Notes under the pieces: generated by a model
The model's input: the letters and a program-made list of their open reading frames with translations, nothing else
Database searches by the model: none
What the model was told of the DNA's origin: nothing
Translations under genes and position numbers: made by a program
NCBI RefSeq assembly: GCF_024223415.1
Contig: NZ_CP100500.1
DNA length: 64,000 bases
Reading direction: 5' to 3' (one strand)
Source: Escherichia coli
GTDB taxonomy: Bacteria; Pseudomonadota; Gammaproteobacteria; Enterobacterales; Enterobacteriaceae
Shown here: one piece after another, positions 18,540 through 28,564 of the stretch
Layout: each line of letters starts with the position of its first letter
Position numbering within the stretch: the first letter of the stretch is position 1

Positions 18540-19280
18540 TTACATCATGTCTTTTTCTAAAAAAAATCTTGATGAATATTGATGGGGAGGAACACCAAAA
18601 TATCTTCTGAAAACACTTACAAAATATGACGTGTTTTCATAACCGCATATCTCAGCAACTTTTCCAACAGAATATAAATTGTAGCTTAATAACCTTTCCG
18701 CCATCACCATTCGCTCTTCAAGAATTAACTTACTAAATGATAAGCCTTCGTGCTTTAATTTTCTTTTTAACAGGCTTTCACTCAGATACAGTCTTGAAGA
18801 TATATCACAAAGTCTCCATGCTGCAGATATATCCGTGTGAATAATAGCCTTAACTTTACTTCCTAAACTATTAAGACATCCAAATAAAAAACTTTGCACT
18901 GTTTTCTCTGAAGATAAGATAGCAAGACATGCAAGTGATATTTGATTTCTAACAAAATCCACAGTTCTGCCATCAAAATTCAAGCATGCAATCAAATTCT
19001 TTAACAATGAAAAATCTTCACATTCCACCATCAAGTATGCCGGATAAAACCTTCTTACAGAAAAAGGTGAGAGTGTGTTGTTTTTAAAGAAATCATTAAC
19101 TGTTTTCTCTTCAACATCTACGATCATTACATGATCTATATTTGATGAAAAAAAATCTTTTAAATTGTAATCAATGAGAACAGCACTTCCTTTTTTAAAC
19201 AAAATATCTTCTTTACCAATTCGGACATCAAACGAGTTCAACACCAAAATGATAGAACATATGTATGGCATATTATCCAC
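18540..19280 (-). CDS. AraC-family transcriptional regulator
   Basis: 246 aa; C-terminal AraC HTH (...VGKVAEICGYENTSYFVSVFRRYFGVPPHQY); AT-rich. Confidence 0.8.
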   Translation of the reverse strand: MDNMPYICSIILVLNSFDVRIGKEDILFKKGSAVLIDYNLKDFFSSNIDHVMIVDVEEKTVNDFFKNNTLSPFSVRRFYPAYLMVECEDFSLLKNLIACLNFDGRTVDFVRNQISLACLAILSSEKTVQSFLFGCLNSLGSKVKAIIHTDISAAWRLCDISSRLYLSESLLKRKLKHEGLSFSKLILEERMVMAERLLSYNLYSVGKVAEICGYENTSYFVSVFRRYFGVPPHQYSSRFFLEKDMM

Positions 19281-19622
19281 CTGATATCATTGGGGTTACA
19301 CCAGGTAAGTATAGGTGGAAAATCAATATTCGCCAGTTCAACAATAAGGAAAATCTCATTGCATCACAAGTATAAAATTATGTATTTAACTCACAAAGAC
19401 AAATTATTAAACCAATCTGTTATATTATATATAGCTGCGTGGAATCATAATATTATATATTTTGACTGGCATGTTTACCAACTTTAAGTTGCATCTCAAT
19501 GGTTTCTTCAGCGTAAACAGAGTTTTTATACAAACTGACACTCTGGGTATCATAGTGTAGTTTTTACGATTGTAAATATCCTGCATGCAGGAACTCATCC
19601 TTTTGGATGATATCGCATACAA

Positions 19623-20582
19623 TTAATTTACCATCAGTCTTAGAGCCAGTTCGTCCGGATAGGGATCGAAGTAATTCTGTGTAAGCAAGTAGTCATTAGG
19701 ATACTCACCCAGATAATGCTTCAGCAGAGTCAACGGCGCAAGAAGAGGTAATGTGCCAGAACGATAGTTAAGTATAACCTCGCTCAACTCTTTACGCTGG
19801 CGTGTACTTAAGTAGTTACTAAAATACCCCTGTATATGCATCAGCACATTCGTGTGATTTTTACGTGATGCAGGTTTTCTGAGAATCGCCATCAGCTTAT
19901 CACGATACACCTCAAAGTATGATTCAAGGTCCGCCCACTCGTGTATTGCAGCCACAAATGGTCCCATATCTTTATAGCCTGCCTGACTATGCGCCAACAA
20001 CTGAAGCTTATAACGACTATGAAAAGCTAATAACTCTCTTCTTGATAATTTCTCCTTGTAAAGGTGATTGAGCTCATGCAAAGCAAAAACTCTTTCAACA
20101 AAATTCTCACGAAGCACTGGATCATGTAATCGCCCATCCTCTTCAACCGGTAGCCAGGAAAACTTTTCCATCAAAGTGCTCGTAAATAGTCCCACTCCAT
20201 CTTTACGACCTCGATTACCATTTTCATCATAGACACGCACGCGCTCCATGCCACAGCTGGGAGATTTAGCACAAACCACAAACCCCGATACATCCTTTAA
20301 TTTGTCCATATAAGAACGACTAAACTCTGTCATTCTCTCTGTCACATCCTCATTCTGGTCGTGGCTGAAACACATCCGTATATTTCCTTGCGTCGAGCGC
20401 ACAAGACGTAGAGCAGGACGCGGAACTGGCAGCCCTATAGCCATTTCCGGACATACTGGTCTGAATGTTACCCATTCCACTAATTTGTCCATTAAAAAGT
20501 CAGCTCTTTTGTGACCACCATCAAAACGAACAGCAGAACCGGCCAAACAACCGCTGATTCCAATCACAGGTTTTTTTATCAT
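19623..20582 (-). CDS. DUF523 (TudS/YbbK-like) - DUF1722 (YbgA-like) fusion protein
   Basis: 319 aa; N-terminal GISGCLAG Cys-containing motif typical of DUF523, C-terminal YbgA-like region; assignment from motif recall. Confidence 0.6.
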   Translation of the reverse strand: MIKKPVIGISGCLAGSAVRFDGGHKRADFLMDKLVEWVTFRPVCPEMAIGLPVPRPALRLVRSTQGNIRMCFSHDQNEDVTERMTEFSRSYMDKLKDVSGFVVCAKSPSCGMERVRVYDENGNRGRKDGVGLFTSTLMEKFSWLPVEEDGRLHDPVLRENFVERVFALHELNHLYKEKLSRRELLAFHSRYKLQLLAHSQAGYKDMGPFVAAIHEWADLESYFEVYRDKLMAILRKPASRKNHTNVLMHIQGYFSNYLSTRQRKELSEVILNYRSGTLPLLAPLTLLKHYLGEYPNDYLLTQNYFDPYPDELALRLMVN

Positions 20583-20774
20583 ATCCTCCCCCTTGACTAA
20601 TTCATTAACACATAAACTGTGTAGTGCACGGAATAAATTGCCTTTCTGGCGTCATCACTGACAATTTTTCTGTTATGGACTATTCCTAATATAGTATGAA
20701 AGTTCTTTAAGTGATCGGTCGTAATCATCTATCTTTCATACTTACTCTCAACTATCAAAAGTACAGGATTTATT

Positions 20775-21299
20775 ATGAAGTTATGGCCTGTGTTGACTGG
20801 CATTGCACTCTCTTTCACTCTTATAGCATGTAAGGCCCCGACACCACCTAAAGGTGTGCAGCCGATTACAAATTTTGACGCCAACCGCTACCTCGGAAAA
20901 TGGTATGAAATAGCTCGCCTCGAGAACCGGTTCGAACGTGGTCTGGAACAGGTCAGCGCTACTTATGGAAAACGGAACGACGGAGGGATTCGTGTACTTA
21001 ACCGTGGATACGATCCAACGAAAAATAAATGGAGCGAGAGCGAAGGTAAAGCATACTTTACTGGAGATACTAAAACTGCAGCGTTGAAGGTTTCGTTTTT
21101 TGGCCCCTTCTATGGTGGCTATAATGTAATCAAACTGGATGATGAGTATAAGTATGCTCTTGTCAGTGGTCCGAACAGAGAATACCTATGGATTCTGGCA
21201 AGGACCCCAACTATTCCAGATAAAGTAAAAGCAGACTATGTGCGAACCGCTCAAAAGTTGGGATTCAATGTCAATGAATTATTATGGGTTAAACAATAA
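20775..21299 (+). CDS. blc: Outer-membrane lipocalin Blc homologue (lipoprotein)
   Basis: 174 aa; lipobox LIAC; GKWYEIARLENRFERGLEQVSATY and KVSFFGPFYGGYNVI closely resemble E. coli Blc as recalled. Confidence 0.85.
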   Translation: MKLWPVLTGIALSFTLIACKAPTPPKGVQPITNFDANRYLGKWYEIARLENRFERGLEQVSATYGKRNDGGIRVLNRGYDPTKNKWSESEGKAYFTGDTKTAALKVSFFGPFYGGYNVIKLDDEYKYALVSGPNREYLWILARTPTIPDKVKADYVRTAQKLGFNVNELLWVKQ

Positions 21300-21327
21300 A
21301 ATCCCTACCCGAAATGATACTTATTAG

Positions 21328-21355
21328 AAAAAAACCAGCCTTTGGGGAGGCTGGC
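21328..21355 (-). terminator. Intrinsic terminator downstream of Q (tR'-like)
   Basis: Minus-strand hairpin CCAGCC-loop-GGCTGG followed by TTTTTTT, about 100 nt downstream of Q stop. Confidence 0.55.
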
Positions 21356-21454
21356 TAAATCAGAAAACAAGCTGTTATATGATAATAACTACGTTGCGAT
21401 TCCAACATTTAAAATGTTAGACTAATGACAATCAGACAGCAACTTTTCCTTTAA
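21356..21454 (-). promoter_or_regulatory. Probable late promoter pR'/qut region
   Basis: Position between Q stop and the tR'-like terminator by analogy with lambda; promoter elements not identified. Confidence 0.3.
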
Positions 21455-21847
21455 TTATTTCGGACAATCAGCATCCATCTCCAATCGGAGATCCAACACC
21501 ATCAGCATGCCCTCCACTACGCCCTCAGCTTTCTGGAGCATCCTGCCAACCCAACAATCAGATCGCCCATGCTTACGTGCAAGCGCCATAAAAGTCATGC
21601 CGCCGACATAATAGTCCACCAATAAATCATGCAAATCGCTGTTGTTTTTTTTCAGGCGAGCCATACATCCACAAATGATCATCGCGTCATCGTCACAACA
21701 TTGCGGGCGAGATTTTACTTTTGAAGGAATTAATCCCTTAAAACCGGCGGCAATGGACGACCAGGTCACATCTTCATGATTATTAGCCGCCCACGCTCCC
21801 CAACGCTCAAGAACCATCTGAATATCACGCATCAACTTTCTCCACAA
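21455..21847 (-). CDS. Q: Late antiterminator Q (phage 21/82-type)
   Basis: 130 aa with Cys-rich zinc-binding region ([16 protein letters not shown]...CWVGRML); followed by terminator; start may be MRDIQ at 21832. Confidence 0.8.
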   Translation of the reverse strand: MWRKLMRDIQMVLERWGAWAANNHEDVTWSSIAAGFKGLIPSKVKSRPQCCDDDAMIICGCMARLKKNNSDLHDLLVDYYVGGMTFMALARKHGRSDCWVGRMLQKAEGVVEGMLMVLDLRLEMDADCPK

Positions 21848-21849
21848 AA

Positions 21850-22845
21850 TCAGGCCAGCACACCAATCGCCAGCGCACGATCGATAAAACGAAATATCAG
21901 CTCCAGCTGGGAGCCATACTTCTCTTCGAATGCCACATTATCCGCATGCAGCTCGTCGTGATGCTTTCTGCACAAAGGCAACACAAAGAGGTCATGCGCT
22001 TTTGTCCCCATTCCACCCTGACCGTGGCCTATCAGGTGGTGGGGATCATCAGCAGGTTTTCCACAACATGCGCACGGCTGCGTCTTAACCCATCGCGTGT
22101 ACTTTTCATTAACCCAGCGGCGACGTTTTGGGCGTAACATAAAAGAGTCCGGCGACTCCGGATCCACTTTCAGCGCCAACACCTTTTTCGCTTTATCCTG
22201 GATGATGCTGGTGGCAGGAACCGAAGGCACCAGGTCACTTTCCCGGGTGACAGACGGCACAACAGGCTTCGGTAATCTCAGTGCCTTACGGGCTGCACTT
22301 TCCGGTAAGGCATCCGCCAGATCATTACGAATCAGCCACCAGCACAGTTCCGGCATTGTCACAACGTGACTGTCATCAAAACCGAGATCCCGACGCACAA
22401 CAGACAACACCCAGCGGGCACAGTTATCCGTTGCCATTGATTCCAGCCGTTCCGTGAACTGATCGCGCAGTTGGTTATCGCAGTGCCAGCACAGACGGAT
22501 TGCGCCCGGCGCGTGTCGCATTGTGGTCATGTTCTCGCTGTGCCAGTCGGAATGAGGCCACTGGCAGCCTTTTTCACGAAGTAACCAGCTTTCAAGACAT
22601 TCCACGCCACCAGCACGACGGATCACTGCCTCATTGCGGAACACGGCCCGAACGGCAGGATCATCCGCCAGCGGTTGTGATGCAGCCGGAACGGCACCAC
22701 TGGCAAAAGATGAATAACGTTCCGGCTCAGGCTCCAGCAGGACACGCCCCTGCATAAACAGGGGCATCAGCTCTGAACCTGGCCTGAACAATACGATCCC
22801 CATACGCGGGGCAATTTCAGGGGTCAGTAGTGCTCTCACGGTCAC
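21850..22845 (-). CDS. DUF968-family protein (HNH-like, nin region)
   Basis: 331 aa; C-terminal CxxC...HH...H motif (QPCACCGK...[10 protein letters not shown]...CRKHHDELH). Confidence 0.65.
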   Translation of the reverse strand: MTVRALLTPEIAPRMGIVLFRPGSELMPLFMQGRVLLEPEPERYSSFASGAVPAASQPLADDPAVRAVFRNEAVIRRAGGVECLESWLLREKGCQWPHSDWHSENMTTMRHAPGAIRLCWHCDNQLRDQFTERLESMATDNCARWVLSVVRRDLGFDDSHVVTMPELCWWLIRNDLADALPESAARKALRLPKPVVPSVTRESDLVPSVPATSIIQDKAKKVLALKVDPESPDSFMLRPKRRRWVNEKYTRWVKTQPCACCGKPADDPHHLIGHGQGGMGTKAHDLFVLPLCRKHHDELHADNVAFEEKYGSQLELIFRFIDRALAIGVLA

Positions 22846-22846
22846 C

Positions 22847-23656
22847 TCAATGAACGGTATCGAGCAGCTTTAACAGCTCAGGGAATCGGGATTCGAAGAA
22901 ATGCGGCTGCGTCTCGCGCGGATTTGCGGGACTGGTGATGTTCTTGCCGAACATGCAGCCTTTCGCTGTCAGCGACCAGAATTTTTTGATGTTGTTAATC
23001 GCGGTACGGCTGTATCGTTCGCGTTGTTCAACGATCCCCAGCTTCGCCATCTGGTGATATGCCTGATTAGCCGTCAGGCGGATACCATACTGCTTCAGCA
23101 GTGCACTCAGCGACAGCGTCGGGCGGCTTGAGCCATCAGGCGCGTCAGCAGGTGCATCAATGGCATAGCGCGGTGCCAGATTCGGTAAGCCAACAGCCTC
23201 CTGGAGTTTCTGACAGGCCCCAAGCACAGATGAGTTAGACAGATTTAACTCCCGGCGCATAAAGTCCAGCAGAATCACGCCAGCCTGCATCTTGTCAGCA
23301 GCCTGTCCGGATAACTTTTCCGGCGCGCTGGTTACCATATCGAAAGTACGGATCACCTTCAGATGGAATGACGGGCTGATCCACATTGCATAGGCATACA
23401 CCAGTTCCTTACAGACATACGTTCCCCGTTCATTTCCCCCATGAATCACGCTCACCGGGTCAACACCCAAATTCTGGGTGTTGGTTAATTCATGAACAAG
23501 CTCAACAGTTTGTTGGCTGGAAAGAAACTTTCCTGGCTCCTTGGTTCTGGCATTTGCACCAGATGCTACTGCTGCGCGATGCAGATCGTTCAGGCTGTAA
23601 CGCCCATAAGCATCACGACGAACTTCAATACCATCAATGACCATCAGATTATTCAT
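22847..23656 (-). CDS. KilA-N domain protein (putative antirepressor)
   Basis: 269 aa; N-terminal KilA-N-like region (IDGIEVRRDAYGRYSLNDLHRAA...). Confidence 0.65.
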   Translation of the reverse strand: MNNLMVIDGIEVRRDAYGRYSLNDLHRAAVASGANARTKEPGKFLSSQQTVELVHELTNTQNLGVDPVSVIHGGNERGTYVCKELVYAYAMWISPSFHLKVIRTFDMVTSAPEKLSGQAADKMQAGVILLDFMRRELNLSNSSVLGACQKLQEAVGLPNLAPRYAIDAPADAPDGSSRPTLSLSALLKQYGIRLTANQAYHQMAKLGIVEQRERYSRTAINNIKKFWSLTAKGCMFGKNITSPANPRETQPHFFESRFPELLKLLDTVH

Positions 23657-23675
23657 ACTTCGTTTCTCCTCTTAA

Positions 23676-24065
23676 TCAGGCAGCTGCACCCGCCGTTTTC
23701 TCGTACTTACTGATAGTGATCTCGACCTTCCCTTCCGGGATAACCGGTCCCCACTCCACCAGCATTCTTTTCACCTGACTGTCGTCTTCCCACACCCCCG
23801 CGTGGGTCAGGGCGTCAAACAGCGCCTTGTTATAGTTGTCCAGATCGCGGATCCTGTTATCCGGAGGAAACAACACGATCTCCACTGAAGCAGGTGCCGA
23901 CGTTGGTTTCGGCAGACGACGTAACTGCTCAACTATTGCTGCGCACGCCGCGCTCTGGAATTTTCGCCCCGCCGCGCTTATCAGGCTCTTACCTGCAAAC
24001 GCCCCTTTGTTAGGGTGTCGCCAGTAAGTGTTCACGCTGGGCGGGAAAGGCAGGATAAGCTTCAT
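23676..24065 (-). CDS. rusA: Holliday junction resolvase RusA
   Basis: 129 aa; LPFPPSVNTYWRH...DLDNYNKALFDALTHAGVWEDDSQV matches RusA motifs. Confidence 0.85.
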   Translation of the reverse strand: MKLILPFPPSVNTYWRHPNKGAFAGKSLISAAGRKFQSAACAAIVEQLRRLPKPTSAPASVEIVLFPPDNRIRDLDNYNKALFDALTHAGVWEDDSQVKRMLVEWGPVIPEGKVEITISKYEKTAGAAA

Positions 24066-24388
24066 ACTTTCAGGCCCCTCTCATGTAACCAGTGAGTTGC
24101 ACGCAGCCTGGCGTTTTCCTCACCGGCAAGCAGTGCGCGGATAATCCCGGCTGCCTCGCTGTCGTCGTCCTTCACTGTGGTATGAAGCGTGATACCCCGG
24201 GCCACGCCACGCTTTATCGTGATGACGCCTTTTTTCTCCAGTGCGCGAAGATGCTCCACCGCTGCATTCACCGAACGGTATCCCAGCATGGCTGCCACCT
24301 CCTGATTGGTTGGCGGGAAACCACGTTCTTTCTGATAAGAAATCAGCATATCCAGCACCTGCTGCTGGCATTGAGTTAACGTCGTCAT
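24062..24388 (-). CDS. LexA-like winged-helix DNA-binding protein
   Basis: 108 aa; N-terminus resembles LexA DNA-binding domain (LTQCQQQVLDMLISYQKERGFPPTNQEVAAMLGYRS). Confidence 0.5.
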   Translation of the reverse strand: MTTLTQCQQQVLDMLISYQKERGFPPTNQEVAAMLGYRSVNAAVEHLRALEKKGVITIKRGVARGITLHTTVKDDDSEAAGIIRALLAGEENARLRATHWLHERGLKV

Positions 24389-25071
24389 GCCGCCATCTCC
24401 CTGACCAGTTTTTCTGCCTGCTGGCGAACCTGCGCCAGAAAGGCCTCACCACATGCCTCAAGTTCATCGCGCCCGATGTAGCTGATTGCCGGTCCCTTCC
24501 AGGTCTTGTCGAAAACAGCAATAGCACCAGCGAAGAAAGCGCCTGTCGGCACCTGCTTCTCATCCTTCGGGATAAACCAGGCAGGCAGTTCAAAACCAAT
24601 ACGCCCGCGAATAAAAGCAATATGATCTACATCTTCCGGCCACCACACTTCGCTGGTGGCAGCTTTGATCAGGAAAACATAGCGCCCGCCTTTATCACGC
24701 ATGGCACTGGCATGCTTCATGATGTAACGCATGCCGGTGATGTATTGCCCCTCATGCTGACTGGCGCGGCTGTATGGGGGATTACCAAAGGCAGCACCTT
24801 TAAGCTCCGCAAGGCGTTCTGACCAGTCATGCGCCAGCGCGTTGTCTTCCGCCGTGTAATACGCAGCACATTTGGCGTTATCACCGTCAGTGAACAGATC
24901 CAGAACAAACGGGCCAAACAGGGTGTTAATTCCCCAGAAAATGTTGTCCGGCGTGCGCCACTGATCGCCCACTTCCTTCAGTTCATGGGCTGGTTTGTTC
25001 CGCAGTTCCACCAGCGCCTGGCAATATTTATTACTCATTAAGCCCCCACGTAATTCCCTGAGAGATACCAC
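24385..25071 (-). CDS. Phage DNA N6-adenine methyltransferase (orphan)
   Basis: 228 aa; NPPY catalytic motif (FGNPPYS); no adjacent restriction endonuclease. Confidence 0.8.
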   Translation of the reverse strand: MVSLRELRGGLMSNKYCQALVELRNKPAHELKEVGDQWRTPDNIFWGINTLFGPFVLDLFTDGDNAKCAAYYTAEDNALAHDWSERLAELKGAAFGNPPYSRASQHEGQYITGMRYIMKHASAMRDKGGRYVFLIKAATSEVWWPEDVDHIAFIRGRIGFELPAWFIPKDEKQVPTGAFFAGAIAVFDKTWKGPAISYIGRDELEACGEAFLAQVRQQAEKLVREMAA

Positions 25072-25532
25072 TCTTCACCTGATGCAGCCCGCTTACTGCT
25101 TTTCCGTAAACACCGTTCACGACGCGCCAGAAAATTGTTTCGTTCTGGCAGGGAGTGGCTTTCACGGAATGCCGCCATCCACACCGTTGCAGCACGACGG
25201 TATAAGCCCCTGGACTCCAGTTCTTCCGCCTGGCGGGTCAGGCACAAAATCACCCGCGGGTCGTTAGTGCCGACATAGAAATTGCGCACAGGTCTGGTTT
25301 CACGAACTGGTTGTGGTTCCGGATCCTGCGCTCTCTCAGTCAGGCGCGGGAAATGTCTGTGTGTATCTCCTTCACAACGGTGAGCCACACGCCCACTCTG
25401 ACGTAACTTGCTTGCTGACTGCAGAACGCGCTGCCGTGAGTAACCTGCAAAAGCATCCGCAATGTCTCCGGAAGTACAGCCCGGATGGGCTTCAATGAAT
25501 TTCTGAACGTCATTCAAAAGACTCATGCTCAC
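25038..25532 (-). CDS. PerC/ANR-like putative transcriptional regulator
   Basis: 164 aa; motif EELESRGLYRRAATVWMAAF; a paralogous motif occurs in ORF 58540-58812. Confidence 0.4.
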   Translation of the reverse strand: MSMSLLNDVQKFIEAHPGCTSGDIADAFAGYSRQRVLQSASKLRQSGRVAHRCEGDTHRHFPRLTERAQDPEPQPVRETRPVRNFYVGTNDPRVILCLTRQAEELESRGLYRRAATVWMAAFRESHSLPERNNFLARRERCLRKSSKRAASGEEWYLSGNYVGA

Positions 25533-26470
25533 CCCCTGAATCCTGCCGGGATCTGGCTGTAGTCCACATTGTCGTAACTGGCTTTGAAGTACGGGTCTTC
25601 GCGTTTTTCTGTGTACGTGCTGACGGACGGCGATAAGCGCAGGGAAAGCTCATCCCATTTTTCCCGCAGCTTCGACGGGCTGAGCACGTTACGGCACCAG
25701 AACGGATCGCGGCTGACGCGGCTGTAAATCTCGCAGATTTGTTTGTGAGTACGACCATCCTGCACACACATCAGGCGAATTTCGTTTGCCCAGGCTGTCC
25801 AGTTCGGTTCTTTGGGACGAACCACCTCGCCGTCACATTCGGCAGCCTGCTCGTACAGGGCGATGATTTTTTTCCAGAGCCACTGTGCGCAGGTCAAATC
25901 ATCCTGCGTCCCCCACTGGCGTTTTTTAGGGCTGAATACAACCGCATCAGGATGGCGAGTTAAAAAATCCTGTTCAGCCGTCTGCGTGTCCGGTTGCGAA
26001 GAGTCCGGACGAGAAGGTTTTTTATCTGACGGATCATGTTTTGATTTTACTGACGGATCCCCGCCAGATTCTGACGGGTGAAAACCCGCTTTTTTGCCAG
26101 ATTTCGACGCATCAAATTTTGACGGGTCAGATTTTGATGCGTCAGATTTTGACGGGTCAGAATCTGACAGTTGAGAAAATGCCGCTGCCTGAAGCTTCGC
26201 AACGTTAAGCTGATAAACATTCGACGCATTGCGGTTACCCTGGCGACGCGCCTTACGCGTTAACCAGCCTTCTGCTTCCAGCCGTGCGATAGCCGTTCTG
26301 ACGGTACTCATCCCCGCGCCAATCTGGCGGGCAATGGTTTCAATCGATGGCCAGCACACACCTTCGTCATTACTGAAATCAGCCAGGCGGGCCATAATTG
26401 CCACGCTGGATAATTTCATGCCTGACGCTGCGCAACCATCCCATACATAGCCGGTTAATTTAGTGCTCAT
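25529..26470 (-). CDS. Replication initiation protein (O-like, HTH N-terminus, iteron-containing)
   Basis: 313 aa; N-terminal HTH; central SDPSKSD repeats encoded by DNA iterons; lies between Cro-side genes and nin region. Confidence 0.7.
   Translation of the reverse strand: MSTKLTGYVWDGCAASGMKLSSVAIMARLADFSNDEGVCWPSIETIARQIGAGMSTVRTAIARLEAEGWLTRKARRQGNRNASNVYQLNVAKLQAAAFSQLSDSDPSKSDASKSDPSKFDASKSGKKAGFHPSESGGDPSVKSKHDPSDKKPSRPDSSQPDTQTAEQDFLTRHPDAVVFSPKKRQWGTQDDLTCAQWLWKKIIALYEQAAECDGEVVRPKEPNWTAWANEIRLMCVQDGRTHKQICEIYSRVSRDPFWCRNVLSPSKLREKWDELSLRLSPSVSTYTEKREDPYFKASYDNVDYSQIPAGFRG
26042..26172. repeat. Replication origin iterons inside O-like gene
   Basis: About 7 direct repeats of GATTTTGACGGGTCA-like units at 15-16 bp spacing. 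Confidence 0.6.
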
Positions 26471-26681
26471 GACCGACCTCTATTTCCCTGAATTTACGAC
26501 GAAACTGTTCGAGCGGACTGAAGCACTCATGCTCATAGCCTTCGCGGAGGTAGATAACCCGTTGTGTTTCCGGTTCCCAACGAATGACTCTGACGGGCAC
26601 TCCGTAGTGATCTTTGAACCAGCGGTTAACTTGTCGCAAAGGACTGTCTCCTTCTGCCGGTTGAAATCCCCCACAGCCCAC
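26460..26681 (-). CDS. Small conserved protein upstream of replication gene
   Basis: 73 aa; C-terminal ...[24 protein letters not shown] is paralogous to ORF 61519-61818 (...RITYRREGYEYDCVMPVYQFRRDF); overlaps O start. Confidence 0.5.
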   Translation of the reverse strand: MGCGGFQPAEGDSPLRQVNRWFKDHYGVPVRVIRWEPETQRVIYLREGYEHECFSPLEQFRRKFREIEVGHEH

Positions 26682-26814
26682 TCTGCAAAGCTGTGGGTTA
26701 CAATTTCCCTGTCACCTGGTACATTCACTGCATAGCAATATTCCACCTTCGCTTTTCCACCCGGTACAGGAAGCGCAATCAGTTGCGAGCGACGGTAGTG
26801 TGTTGTTAAACTGT

Positions 26815-27429
26815 TCATGCGTTAGTTTCTCCACAACCAGAAGCAATCGACGCCACGACGCCCGGAGCTGCACACTCGCGGGCGTCATTACTTTCTGAAA
26901 TGCAAAAGATTTTGTAGACCAGTGCTGCATGCTCCTGCAGCTTCGAAATTGAGAGATACAGCTCGTCGTTAATTGCTGTCTTCTCATGCGGTTCCACTAC
27001 ACCGTCTTCGATTGCTGAACGAATCTGTTTTGAATAACTGCCGATCTGTTCAATGACTTCCAGCAGACGCTGGTTAATATCGGCGTTGTCCACATCCTCG
27101 ACGTCAGGAAGAGACACAAAGACGCCATTTGCAGACTGCGCCACAGCGTCAGCAATGAAGTGAGTTCCACCAGCACGTTGCAAAATCATTGCCCATCCCA
27201 GCGGGAAAATCTGATCGCCATCGGCACGAAGGCGGTTAAATAATGCGTTCTCTGTTACATCCAGCCAGTCAGCTGCTTCAGCGTAACCACCCGGCAACTT
27301 TGCGATAGTTTTTCTGACAGCTTTCACGTACCACTCAGGCTGTTTTTCTACTTTCCAGTGATGCTTACCCACGGTTAGCCTCATCGTTCTGTGGTTTCTG
27401 TTAATCGATTTATCCATTAGATTTTTCAT
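26815..27429 (-). CDS. YdaT-like regulatory protein (CII-position gene), start uncertain
   Basis: ORF immediately downstream of Cro-like gene; Rac-type racR/ydaS/ydaT arrangement; candidate starts at 27429, 27417, 27384 (ORF extends to 27486). Confidence 0.45.
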   Translation of the reverse strand: MKNLMDKSINRNHRTMRLTVGKHHWKVEKQPEWYVKAVRKTIAKLPGGYAEAADWLDVTENALFNRLRADGDQIFPLGWAMILQRAGGTHFIADAVAQSANGVFVSLPDVEDVDNADINQRLLEVIEQIGSYSKQIRSAIEDGVVEPHEKTAINDELYLSISKLQEHAALVYKIFCISESNDARECAAPGVVASIASGCGETNA

Positions 27430-27610
27430 AAAGCTCAGGTTTAAATGGCAACCGTCCGCAAGTTCTATATGCAGCTTCTGCTGCACGTCCTTTTGGAATT
27501 AACTGGCCCGGACGGTTTCGCCACTGATAAACGGCTTCAGTTGTTATGCCGAAAAAAGCAGCAACTTTCTCAATACTGCCGAAGTAGCTTTCGATATCGT
27601 CAGTTGTCAT
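27410..27610 (-). CDS. cro: Cro-like repressor (YdaS-type HTH)
   Basis: 66 aa HTH protein (FGITTEAVYQWRNRPGQ) divergent from cI across an operator region. Confidence 0.7.
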   Translation of the reverse strand: MTTDDIESYFGSIEKVAAFFGITTEAVYQWRNRPGQLIPKGRAAEAAYRTCGRLPFKPELYEKSNG

Positions 27611-27707
27611 ACGCCCTCCAAACTAAGTTTTGTTAGATGCTAATTACAAATCTATCTTTGGTCAATAAAAACTAAGATTACTTAGCAATTAAAGAAATGG
27701 TGCTCCT
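27611..27707. promoter_or_regulatory. OR-like operator/promoter region between cro and cI
   Basis: Divergent intergenic region with ACTAAG half-sites including palindrome CTAAG-N4-CTTAG at about 27672-27685. Confidence 0.5.
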
Positions 27708-28334
27708 ATGGAAACGGTTGGTCAGCGTATAAAAGCTCTGAGAAGAGTTACCAGAACGTCCCAGAAAGAATTGGGTAAATTTTGTGGAGTAAGCGACGTT
27801 GCTGTGGGGTACTGGGAGAAAGACATCAATACCCCTGGTGGGGAGGCACTTTCGAAATTAGCGAAGTTCTTCAATACGTCAATAGATTACATTCTTTATG
27901 GTGCTGAGTTTGAAGGCAAACTCGTCACAAACATGCGCAGAGTTCCTGTAATATCGTGGGTTCAGGCTGGGCAGTTTACTGAGTGCAGGGCAGCAGAAGT
28001 GTTTAGTGAAGTGGACAAGTGGGTAGATACATCATTAAAGGTTGGTGATAACTCATTTGCATTAGAGGTTAAAGGTGACTCCATGACTAACCCTAATGGC
28101 CTCCCAACAATACCAGAAGGCGCAACAGTGATTGTAGATCCAGATGCAGAACCTCGTCATGGAAAAATAGTCATCGCTCGACTTGATGGAACAAACGAAG
28201 CTACAGTAAAAAAATTAGTCATCGATGGCCCTCAAAAGTTTTTAGTGCCATTAAATCCTCGGTATCCCAACATCCCTATCAATGGTAATTGCCTTATCAT
28301 TGGTGTAGTCAAAGGAGTTCAATACGAACTCTAA
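27708..28334 (+). CDS. cI: CI-like prophage repressor (HTH_XRE + S24 peptidase)
   Basis: 208 aa; N-terminal HTH; C-terminal LexA-like autocleavage domain with GDSM and KKL catalytic motifs. Confidence 0.9.
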   Translation: METVGQRIKALRRVTRTSQKELGKFCGVSDVAVGYWEKDINTPGGEALSKLAKFFNTSIDYILYGAEFEGKLVTNMRRVPVISWVQAGQFTECRAAEVFSEVDKWVDTSLKVGDNSFALEVKGDSMTNPNGLPTIPEGATVIVDPDAEPRHGKIVIARLDGTNEATVKKLVIDGPQKFLVPLNPRYPNIPINGNCLIIGVVKGVQYEL

Positions 28335-28339
28335 GGCCT

Positions 28340-28415
28340 CTCTTCTCTAACTAAGGCACCGAACTAAGAAAAGTTTGGTGTTTTCTCTTGCCATAATAAC
28401 TAAGTTAAGTTAGAT
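28340..28415 (+). promoter_or_regulatory. OL/pL-like operator region downstream of cI
   Basis: Recurrence of ACTAAG operator-like half-sites (about 28350, 28363, 28400) as in the cro-cI intergenic region. Confidence 0.4.
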
Positions 28416-28499
28416 TTTATATCAAAGATAACGAACAGGCAGGACGCCCACGAAGTAGCCGCCTGGGGCATATAAAGTCCAGGATGATTCGTTAGCAAC

Positions 28500-28521
28500 A
28501 AAAAAGCGCCCTACAGGACGC
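28500..28521 (-). terminator. Intrinsic terminator of the antisense immunity-region gene
   Basis: Minus strand GCGTCC-TGTA-GGGCGC hairpin followed by TTTTTT, 44 nt downstream of the ORF stop. Confidence 0.5.
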
Positions 28522-28564
28522 TTAGCTCTTTAACAATCTGGGTATCATCCAACCAATGCAAGAT

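Noticed and set aside
26480-26818. 112-aa ORF overlapping the 73-aa ORF in another frame (ATGA-coupled to the YdaT-like stop)
   Set aside because: Only the 73-aa frame has a paralogue elsewhere in the window; the 112-aa frame may be a frameshifted remnant or may encode the real N-terminus, so it is left unresolved rather than annotated.
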